Of a stretch of 64,000 nucleotides of DNA, positions 11,346 to 64,000 are shown piece by piece. Source of the DNA: Ylistrum balloti (lineage: Eukaryota). The notes under the pieces were generated by a model that did no database searches, had not been told where the DNA came from, and saw only the letters and a program-made list of their open reading frames with translations. The DNA is taken from assembly GCF_031769215.1 (NCBI RefSeq), contig NW_026782588.1, positions 62,001 to 126,000 of the forward strand, given 5' to 3'. The position numbers and the translations under genes were made by a program. Each line of letters opens with the position of its first letter. Position 1 is the stretch's first letter.

Positions 11346-11933
11346 TTCTAGGTCACCTGAGACAAGGTCTCATAGAGACCTACTCTAATCATCTATATCC
11401 GGCGTCGTGCGTCTATAAACAATTTTACATTTTCGACTCTCTCTCGAAAACACCTGATCCGATTTAAATGATTTTTAGCAGAATCCCTCCCTGGATTAAG
11501 ATGAACCAACTTTGTGAATTACACAGTCCTCTACGCCTGAGGGACGGGGCCAAAAGGGGTCAAATTGACTTAAATTTCAATAATCTTCTTCTCAACACCT
11601 AGATATGGTAGAATCAAAATTCTTCATGAATGGAAGCATATTTAGGTGCTTACATTACCAAAATGAGTCTCACATTTCTTCCTGGGAAGGAATATTTTTT
11701 AGACTTAACTGCAATTTTCATACAAAAATGGCATTCTGGTTATTTCACACTGGAAATGAATTTATAAGTATTGTCAGTAAACGATTACAGTTTTGATGGT
11801 ATGCATGTATTGACGCTGGCTTACAATATTCAGTGTCACAATTTCTGTTTCATGACACTTGATAACTATCATTTAACCATTATATTCGAATTGCTGATCT
11901 CAGGCGATCGTCAAGGCCGCTTGGCCTCTAGTT
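11346..11933 (+). mobile_element. HINE-like non-autonomous Helentron element
   Basis: 5' TAGGTCACCTGAG; inverted sub-TIR CTCAGGCGATC (11899-11909); 3' palindrome AGGCC-GCTT-GGCCT (11914-11927) followed by CTAGTT. Confidence 0.75.
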
Positions 11934-12556
11934 ACGAAACCGCTCTAAAAGTAATAAAATTGAAGTAACTAAAAAAACATGAATGTAATATATTTCGAAT
12001 CAAATAACAGCATTAAAATCGGATATCCCATGAACAAAACTACACACTTGTTCATTAATGTATACGTCGGTTACCATAGGTCAGTTCAGGTAAAATGAAA
12101 CGGTTCCGATAATCTCACAAATATTGACAAACATGACCTTTCAGAATCATACATATCTGAATAAACCAATGTTAAAAATAGATTGGGCACAAACAGAACA
12201 ACACTATGATGTAATAGGAGTAGTATAAACAGTATATGTACACACTTTAATAAAATTTCTAAGTTAGAACGTGAATATCTCTACCTCTGTTCAAGGACAT
12301 AGGACACAATGTCTCACAATCTTATTTTTACTCCATCATCAGATGGTGAGCTTTGGTAAATGATGACGGGCTATTCGAATACCCTTACGACCGTCCGTAG
12401 ACAGTATTTGTTGCCGCTATTTGTTAATGAGCACTGGATTGATCTTTCTTAAATTTCATATGAAGGTTCCCTTGGTTCCTAATTGTGCGCACTTGACTTT
12501 GAGACAGATAAGAAAAACGCAGTGACTGACAGTCGCAAATCTCTGATTTTCAGTAT

Positions 12557-12903
12557 GATTATTATTATTACAATCTTAATGGCCCGTCAACACATAAAAA
12601 TGTCATCAGTGACATCAACCGATGCAGTACTCAGCGATCAAAAAAGGAAATAATATCAAACAAGCTAAATGGTCAAAGACAAACGCTAAAAATCTTAAGT
12701 GGTTATATTATCACAAATGAACATAATGGTTAGTCATATTCTACAATATATACCAAAATCTTTAAGATAATTTTATAAATCTGTTCAAAATAAGTCCTTA
12801 GACTTTCGTTACAATAAAAATAATTCTCGAGTAGACAGAAGGTCAAGGCAGTCCAATAAAATGCTTAACGGTGAATGACTCATAACATCCTATACACCGA
12901 GGA
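12557..12903 (-). mobile_element. I-group LINE 3' fragment
   Basis: (TAT)n-ACAATCTTAATGGCCCGTCAACAC tail, collinear with 3720-4085. Confidence 0.8.
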
Positions 12904-12909
12904 TTTCAA

Positions 12910-13170
12910 CTTGCCTTGCGGATAGGGGTTAGAATATATCGGCTGCACGTGGTAAAAGTCCACTAAAAGGGGCAACCTGTCTACCGTGGATTGCGTTCCG
13001 TTAGTACAGAGAGAAAGGATCCTGGTGGTTGCTTTATTCTTACACAATCTCCAGTGACCTCTCCCCTTCCCCCAATACATCACTTTGGCCTCTATCTCAG
13101 TAAGACGGGTGGTCATTGTGGACCTCAATGATCAATCGGCTGGTCTTGCCAAGCCCTAGGTCATCTATAT
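12910..13170 (+). mobile_element. Probable SINE body (Meta-domain-like core)
   Basis: GGGGTTAGAATA...GCTGCACGTGGTAAAAGTCCACTAAAAGGGG resembles the recalled SINE core TGTCGTAAGAGGCGACTAAAAGGG. Not verified. Confidence 0.35.
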
Positions 13171-14149
13171 GTTTGACTCAACCGTATGCCCATCTATTTT
13201 TAGAGTTTTTATTTTACAGTTGTATCCCAGAAGGCGGTGGCTTAAAGGTCAATCGAGAGAATTGAATAAAAAACAGCATGAATATTGAAAAGGTCTATAT
13301 TGCATCAATATTATTTTTAATATTCTTAAATAAAAAAGGCAACATATTTAAAAAAAAAAAAAAACCTTGATAAAGGTCTAAATATCAGCTAAATTGACAG
13401 TTTTTATAATCTTGCACAATCTAGGCAAATTTCCTGTATTTATTAGGTTTCAGCTATTAAGGCTTTTGCTCTGTTAAGTAAGAAAGAACCAGCAATAGAA
13501 CACAAAAACAGCAATAACAAAAGATCTTTGAGAACAAAGCAGTGAAAGCTATAATAACGCGTCGAGCTTTGATATATATGTATATCAAAATTTGAATAAA
13601 ATCAAGCTCAATTGGTTACAAATAAATCACAGACAAAATGAAATGCATTTTTTTCCAAACAAGGAAAATATATGGCATGTGTAAACTAGTATATGATAAT
13701 TTAACAGATAAGGACAAAAATTGAGTAAATTTGAAAGGTGATATCTATAATTGAAAAAAAAAAAAATACTCAGATGTGAAGTGATGTCTAGAATTGAGAA
13801 AACCACTCAACATATTCTTCACACAAGATTTAATATCAAATTAAAACTGTCTATGAAAACAGGACAACGACAATTAACTCTTTGCTTTGTCCAAACTACA
13901 TGGACGGAACAAAAAAACCTTGTTTTAATCCGTTCGAGGGAATCAGTATGTGACCATATTTATATATACTGTACATAACTGCAGACTACATAAAAGGTTC
14001 ACAAATTGTTACATTTGTGTATAAGCACCTGCAGACAGCAGATATGTGACAGTATACCAAATACAACAGATAATCTTGCAGTTCAAATATTGACCGTCAT
14101 ATACATTCCCAGACATTAATTTACAGATTTAATAACCTACAGTTGTAGG

Positions 14150-14700
14150 CACAATTACTGGCAAGCATATCTTGTTTTGGACAAGTGTCTTGGTCCTATT
14201 GCATTCCTTAGGTAATGCCAAAAAGCAGGCCTTGCCACTATGTACTTCTGCAAAATTACCAAGGTCTTTGTTGCAATCTGTCATAACAGGTACAGATATT
14301 GACTTTAGGTTAACAACTCATGCCTTTAAAATGTTAATGATGTTGCGCGGATGCGTCAATAAATCTCTAACTGTATGCTGTTGCCACATTTCTGGTATAA
14401 AAAAGACTCTTTATTACATACAAGCTGTTTTAAAGTTTGAGCATTTTCTAAGTGTGTTTATGAGGTCCTTTCCCTTTCCTGAAGAGTAGCCCATGGTCAG
14501 TTTCACTTCAACCATATTTACACACGAAGAGATCATCAAAGCTTCTTTCATCAATGCCAATACTTGTAAGATTTTCAGTGACAATCTGACAGAATTTCAG
14601 ACTTATGAGTCAGATTGGTGTGATCATCTAGTATGATTTCTCTTGGAAGATAGTCCAATGAGGTAATGCTGAAAATGCAGAATGGTTTTTATAGGAACGT
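14150..14700 (-). pseudogene. Unidentified decayed reading frame
   Basis: Long protein-like frame with few stops and frameshifts: SLKFCQIVTENLTSIGIDERSFDDLFV / MVEVKLTMGYSSGKGKDLINTLRKCSNFKTACM**RVFFIPEMWQQHTVRDLLTHPRNII... Confidence 0.4.
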
Positions 14701-15789
14701 TGATAATGGTAAATTTAACAAAAGGCCTTTCGACTTCAATCACTAAAGACTGTTGTTAGATATAAAATGGAAACTTGGTCAACTTTATAATTAAGTACAA
14801 ACTACCCACCAACAACTGCTATCCAGTAAAACAATTGATTCACAACCTAAAGAATAATTATAGGAAGTCAATACATCAAGTTGATATTTATATATGATTT
14901 AAACAGTTATGATATGACAACCTTTTTTTATTTCAATAAGTCAACTTATCCAAAATCATTTACATTACTAGTTATTGGTAGTAAAGTTGCTGGCATTTGT
15001 AGGCGGTACCGCGGGGAGAATGACAGGGCAATGGGACGGGGATTCGTTTTTCCAATTTTGAAGTTACACGGGAGTGAATCGCTATTGAAATTAACAAATC
15101 TTGTACGGGATTTGTTGTGTCACACCTGCTTACAGAATAGGGTTCTTAGAGCAGTGTTAACCAATCATGATATTAAAAACAATTGTTAATAGTAAGATTT
15201 TTATCTCTACAACTTTTCTTCTTCATTAATACTTGTGCACTGTACCATTTAACGCCTCTTGCTCTATAACTTTTATGTGGCAGTAGAGATCCTGAAAGTA
15301 TCTCATTAGTACTTCGAGTAAACCGGAAGTCAAGCGAATATTTTCTTTTAAAACAAGGAAAAAACAACTTACAACACCCTTTCCCATCAGTTACAAAGAG
15401 ACGTGTTGTGTAAGGAAAATTGATATATGGGTACCAATTGTACATTGAACACATATCATACTCGGGTATTATGACAGATAATTCAAATCTGTATATATAT
15501 ATGTTAAAGTCCAAATTTGCAATGTCTGGAAAATGATAAAATTGGAACGCTTCTGATTAATAAATCGTAAGCGCTTTTAGACTGAATCTTCATACCTTTA
15601 CAATTTGTTTTGTTACCTCAGAAGGACACAAAACGACGTCGTCAGCAATGCAAAAAAAATACGCGTTGGACACTCATATGTTGATCAAATTGATAACATC
15701 CTCAAGGAAAAGGCATAAGTACCAGAACTCGTAAACTAAACTAAACTAAATTCGTGTCATTATATTATCATTTGATAAGCATATATGCG

Positions 15790-16110
15790 AGAAAACTAAA
15801 GGTATATGAACGTGGAGAGCTTTAAGTTGCTGTATACATCTTACGTTAGTCCACACATTGAGTGTGCGAATCAAGTCATGTGCGGTCATCTCGAAAAGCA
15901 CATGGAAACGATAAAAATAAAAGACGTATCCTATACTGAGACATTACAGAAACTGAAACTACCAACACTAGTATGTAGCAGATCCCGAGGAGATATGATA
16001 GAGGTCTTCAAAATACTGTCCTGGAAATATAATTGTGATGTGTTAGAAATCTTTCAAGTCAGGGAAGATTCATCAGCACGGACATGATTTAAAGAGTCTT
16101 AAATTATGAA
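15790..16110 (+). mobile_element. CR1-group LINE ORF2 C-terminal remnant
   Basis: LLYTSYVSPHIECAN...SYTETLQKLKLPTL..SRSRGDMIEVFKIL matches the CR1 post-RT signature LY.SLVRPHLEYA...SY.ERL..L.L.TL..RR.RGDMIEV.KIL. Confidence 0.85.
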
Positions 16111-16559
16111 CAGTGCTTTAAAAATCCTATTCTGTAAGCAGGTGTGACAAAACGAATTCCAAAACATGATTTGTTCACGTTGATAGCTATTCACTCCTTC
16201 TTAACTTAAAAATAGAAGAGCTATCTCCCCTACGTAACATTTCATTATGGACATACTCCCCTTTCTCTGTTGATTAAACAAGAAATTGTAGTATAACATT
16301 GCTTCCATGGTCACTTGAAATAAAATGAATAAGAAAGAACAAGTCAATTAACCTATATTTGTTATTATCGATTTTAATGCGACAACACTCCGATTTATGT
16401 AACGTGACAAAAGGTTTCCGAACTTGCGTGAAAAATAACGGGACTTCAGCTTGAAACATTAGCAGGAATTGATACATAGATAAGTCTAATATTATATGGT
16501 GCACATTTGTTTGGTTATGTTATAAGGCAAAGTCAACAAAAATATCAAAAGTTTCTAAC

Positions 16560-17420
16560 ACACTACGCCATCAGAGATTCCCCCTCCTCCACTGACAAGC
16601 GATTTCCCGCGGTATCGCCTACACCAGGTGTGGTACAGTTACCTAAATATGAACTTATGCCGTCAAGCATAATCCTTCTGTCACCCCTGGTATCCATGCC
16701 AATTGTTTCATTAGGCTTTATTAGTTTTACTGCCATGACAGCTGGAAGACTCCTGGCTGCAAAAGTTTAAGTTAAGGTATAAGATATCTGATTTCATATT
16801 TGTGAATTGCCAATGGAGCTTTGTTTAATTTTCCCCTGCCAATATGTATCTATTAATTTACCAAACCTAGCCATCATTTCTCCATCACCTTATTGCCTTT
16901 GCATCTATAGACAAGATTAAGTTCTTCTTAAAGGGGGCAATAGAATATTGAGGATGATAACCAGTATATGAGTTTTGACCTTTGTTATGCATATATGTTT
17001 TCTTATGTGATCCACTTGTTGATAAACTTTATTGGCCTTTCCAGCTTTCTTACTAATTTCATTCCACAAGACGCTGTGATGGTTTGCCACTCAGAATTTC
17101 TCCAATCTCAGCTGGACAAGGTTTAGAGCTTCACCTGTAAAATAAGTTTATTAAAACATGTATTCGTTTAAACTTCAAAATAACTTTAAACTTTTTTAAC
17201 TTTAAACAATGTTAAAGGTAAAAATTAGAAGCATATTTTATACAGCCATACCTCTCTTAACATGGCCAATAACAGCAAGGCAGTCACACAGGCACATGTT
17301 CATAAGCTTGTGAATTTAGAACTTTAATAATCTGGAATAATTGTAGCAGACAAACAACCTGACTCCGACATAAAACCTGCCTTCCTTGAGTTTGCAAAGG
17401 GAAAGTAATGAACTATTTTA
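16560..17420 (-). pseudogene. Unidentified decayed spliced gene, possibly transposon-derived
   Basis: The GT-AG intron 17135-17251 joins IHKLMNMCLCDCLAVIGHVKR|GEALNLVQLRLEKF*VANHHSVLWNEISKKAGKANKVYQQVDHIRKHIC in frame. A further open stretch FAARSLPAVMAVKLIKPNETIGMDTRGDRRIMLDG lies near 16600-16765. Confidence 0.45.
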
Positions 17421-17614
17421 TTAATTTTAATTTTAATTATTTTATATTAATGAAACTACTTGTAAACGGTTAATTTTGTTGGCCTCCTGAAGTGGATACC
17501 AGCAAGGTAATGTTTAGTGGAACATATATACATAATACCTGCATTTGGTTAGATGTTGGATACGCTTTCCTGTTTTACTTCTTCACTGGATAAGTTGGTT
17601 TTCACTGCTGCAAA

Positions 17615-17830
17615 CGAAACTAGACAACTCAGTGAACTACAGTCCCTCCACCAGATGTGAAATTATTGAGACAAAAATACTTTTCCTTTTATGCAAGTCA
17701 AAGGTCAAAATGAAGGTAATAGTGACCAACTTTTGACACATGACAAATCGCCTCCCCTAGGTGACCCCATGCCGCAAGTTGAAGTTCCAGTGGCAAGAGG
17801 TGTGGACGCAACCCAACTTTATATATATTA
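17615..17830. mobile_element. HINE-like fragment
   Basis: AAACTAGACAACTCAGTGAACTACAGTCCC start and GTCAAAGGTCAAAATGAAGGT-type internal motifs of mollusc HINE repeats (recalled pattern). Confidence 0.35.
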
Positions 17831-18965
17831 ACAAACATTTTTGGAGAGCATTCCTTAATGTTTATAAACATAGTTCCTTTCATTTCTAAAATGTAGTATC
17901 TTATAATATATTCTAAAATAAATGAAAGAAGTATAAGTACCTGTTAGTGTCACATCAGTAGGCCTAGATCTCGCTACTTATGATGTACTGTCTTCTGAAA
18001 AAGTATGATTATCATTTAGATATAAAACATTCATATTGCTTGGTTTAGGAGAAATATTACATTCTCGGTCATCAGTGGGGGTTGTACGATAAAAAAACCC
18101 AGTAATATTTCATGCACTATTTACCATATCCATGTTGTCCAATACAAAAAGTGCAAGTATATATTTCGCCAGTCATGAATTGTTGTCTGAATTTCTTTGC
18201 CCATTACAAAGTTTTTCTTGTGATTATGGTACATCCAACAGGAGTACAGCTTTACATGATATATACCTGATAAACCTTCCTGAGGCTAAGCACTGGCGTT
18301 TGATGACGATCTTGTTCGTAATTTAGTTATTGCGTAAGCATCTAAAAGAAAAAAAAGAAATGTATTGCACATGTTTATTCAGCATCATGTTTCGGAAGAA
18401 AAATAAATGTAAAGTAATGTATTTCTGTTGTCATTGTTTGTCATTATCTTATGATATTTGGATACTTTTCGGTCTGCTTGTGATTTTCAAATGGAATATT
18501 CTGCTTTCAAATCAGTTTGACTGCATTTCGCTTTTTGTTCGAAAAAGGTATCCATGAATCTTTATATGGTTGATGTTGTTTAATTCCGTTTGTTTTTTAG
18601 ATAAGAAATAAGATAGATGTTTCGCTTACCTTCTATCTGGAACCCGGTTGAATTAAGTTTTAAAACAACTATAGCTAGTAGAATCATACTCTGTACACAC
18701 TTGCACACGCTCGCTCAATATGAAGACACGTCAATAGATTACAACCAATGTACATCAGACAACAGTACAATACACGACATTCCACAACAGACACCATGTT
18801 GTATAACACCACATGAAAGACACCGCATTGTATGACGTAAAAATATCACATTACATGACATCACATGAATATGAAATTACATGACATCATAGTACATTAT
18901 AGGAGGAACAATTTATAACAGTTCAAAAATTATGAAGTAACGTATTCTACATTTGCAGTTTAAGT

Positions 18966-61507
<42,542 letters not shown>

Positions 61508-62972
61508 TTTGTTGTCCGGCCACGATAGTGTGTATCCATCCGTAAAATGATTGTCGTGTCGATAAATGTTACCAAATATGGGTTTTATTTATAAGAAGTC
61601 ACTCAATACGTTTACTTCCTACTTATCAAATGTTTTTTAATAATTTACCTATGTATCATGATGTTATGTTACCTACACCACACTGTTCAGCGGATGCGCC
61701 GCGTTAAGGAATGTAGATCTAGAAACATACACCCTAGGTCAACCATGCTATTACTAGCATAAAACACGTTTGTTAATATGAGATCCCCGTGTCATGTAAC
61801 AGGCCTGTAACAATGCAATTAAAATGAAACTCAATCTGTTTAACAGTGAAGAATTTCATCTGGTTAGGTATGGCCAACTGCACTTTTTTAAGGTAACTAT
61901 AGTATAACTATACTTCGGAAACTCTCTAAATTAATAGAAACGTAGTGTATCTTTAAAATGCAACATATTAAAGCATTTACTCACCAAACTAAACAAACCA
62001 ACAAAACAAAAAAACAAAAACAAAAAACATCAAACAAAATAAGAAAACAGACACTTATACTCTCAACAACCAACACTCTGAGTAAATGTAATGTTAAAAC
62101 ACACAAAATAACAAAACAGATATCATACAAAATATAATTCTCATTAACTTAACACTCACTGATCATACAAAACAGGTACCTATCACTTTCAAAATCTCAA
62201 CACTCACTAATCAAATGTAATGATAAAACACACACTAATCAAAAGTCAGCACAAAACTCACTGATAAAAGAATTAGACAATACTCACTGATCAAATATTA
62301 CAAACAAAAGAAAAAACACTAAAAAGTAATGCCAGAACACTCACTGATGAAACTTAATTATAATAGAAACAAACCTCTCACTGATCAAACGAAGTAAGAA
62401 AAAAAAATCACTGATCAAGTATCAATTAATAAAACATACACTGTAATAACACAACAGTTTATGAACAAACTTCATTACCGAACAGTTACTGTTTAGGCTA
62501 CATGACAGAACACTTATTGTTCAAGATACGTTACAAAACAGTTATTGTTCAAGATACGTTACAGAACAGTTATTGTTCAAGATACGTTTCAGAATATTTA
62601 CTGATGAAACTACATAACACAACATATACTGATCAAGCTACATAACAGAGCAGTTCCTGTTCTAACACAATAAGATAACAGTTACTGGTCAAACTACATG
62701 GAACTGGTAGTGTTGAAATTCAGTAACTGAACAGTTACTCATCATCATAATGATATAATACTGAAACACCACAACACGTTGCGGAGTCAGAACTTCACTG
62801 TGTATTTAAGTTAAACCTTCCTTGATCGTAGTTGTGGCCCGAGTACATTACCGACACACCCTGATGGGGTTTATCGTTCACAATCGTTTGACAAGCATTA
62901 TCTCCGTATTGATGAAGTCACGGACATAAAGTGATATCTCTAATTAAATAATTATAAAGAATTTTCACTAAC

Positions 62973-63039
62973 CTGCTATCGAAACATCATGAAAAAGAAC
63001 CCCGAGAAGAAACAGCCGGATATGAAAAGAAGACTCCAT
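62973..63039 (-). CDS. SRCR gene exon 1B (duplicate), signal peptide MESSFHIRLFLLGVLFHDVSIA
   Basis: Copy of exon 1A with one L>F change; same donor and phase. Confidence 0.8.
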
Positions 63040-64000
63040 TTTGTTGTCCGGCCACGATAGTGTGTATCCATCCGTAAAATGATTGTCGTGGCGCTAAATG
63101 TTGCCAAATATAGGTTTTATTTAAATTACGTCACACTCAATACTTTTACGTCCTACTAATCAAATGATGTTCATTATTTATCGATGTATCACGATGTCAT
63201 GTTATGTATATGTTGTGGTATTGAATATTATATCTATATTATTATATATTCGGCTAAAGACTGTTTAACACATGGTCATAGATGTGCGAGTTTATCCTCG
63301 CATATTTCTAAAATTTTTTTGAGAATTTTTTTACGAAAATGCAAATAGCGAAAAAAATCTAAAGAAATGAAATCTTCCTTATCACTAAGCAATTGAGACT
63401 GTTCAGGGTGCGTAAGGTGGATCTAAACAAACTATGTCAACCATGCTATCACTGTCAATAAAACACGTGTGTTAGTGAAAGATCACCATATCGGTGTGTT
63501 CTGCGTTCTGCCACTTGTAGAGGAAACATGAATACAGTTATGTAATGACAATTATAATAGCCGGTTTCATATCATAATTGGATCCCCCATCAGAAAAGGA
63601 TCCGGATCATTTTTCTGGCCATCAGAAAATGATTCCCCTATATTATTTTGATCCCCCTTAAGAGAAGTTTTATTAACAATGCCTATATGCATATATCTAA
63701 GGTGATAGTGAAAATATGATGATAGGTGTTATGTTAGCTGTGAAGTTGTTAATTACACCTGGCCAACAAGTCAATTACATAAGAGGATTAAGGGAAGAGG
63801 GGTCAAACCTGAGTGAGCACCCATGTGCACATGGCAGGTATGCCGAGTGATCAATTAAAGTTACCTGTGGATAAATATCATTACAGATTGATTGAGGTCC
63901 TCATTTTACATAAAAGCTATGTTTAATATACATTTTCCACTTGAAAATTAATAGATTCATATTTGCATGAATATTAAAACTTGCAGATAAATTGCTTAAC

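Noticed and set aside
15173-15514. 113-aa minus ORF with YINFPY, a possible Penelope-like remnant
   Set aside because: Only a faint echo of the F.IVNFP motif; too weak to call.
18160-18275. Alternative terminal exon for the SRCR gene
   Set aside because: The acceptor lacks a pyrimidine tract and a better in-phase acceptor exists at 18997.

Overview
AT-rich, intron- and repeat-rich animal genomic DNA, probably a bivalve mollusc (inferred from the repeat families only). The main feature is a minus-strand gene of about 42-44 kb that I reconstructed by eye into 34 in-frame GT-AG coding exons (5523 nt, about 1840 aa). It encodes a signal peptide, 16 scavenger-receptor cysteine-rich (SRCR) domains, a Thr-rich linker before domain 15 and, if the candidate last exon is right, a short tail with no transmembrane segment. 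The domains alternate between canonical 6-Cys SRCRs and an aromatic-rich variant that has lost the C2-C7 cysteine pair. Ten of the 16 domains come from five near-identical 3.87-kb intragenic tandem units (about 33.8-52.9 kb), introns included. The signal-peptide exon occurs twice (61441-61507 and 62973-63039) inside a tandem duplication. One intron holds a 6.2-kb TIR-bounded PIF/Harbinger-ISL2EU-type transposon whose transposase is broken by one stop and one frameshift. Left of the gene is an IPNS-family 2OG-Fe(II) dioxygenase with an uninterrupted CDS (8690-9673, +). The rest is remnants of I-group and CR1 LINEs, Penelope-like elements, a Sola-like transposase and HINE-like elements, plus minisatellites with 26, 28/56/84, 31, ~44 and 80 bp periods. 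No rRNA, intact tRNA or CRISPR was seen. All coordinates and alignments were done by eye without tools.
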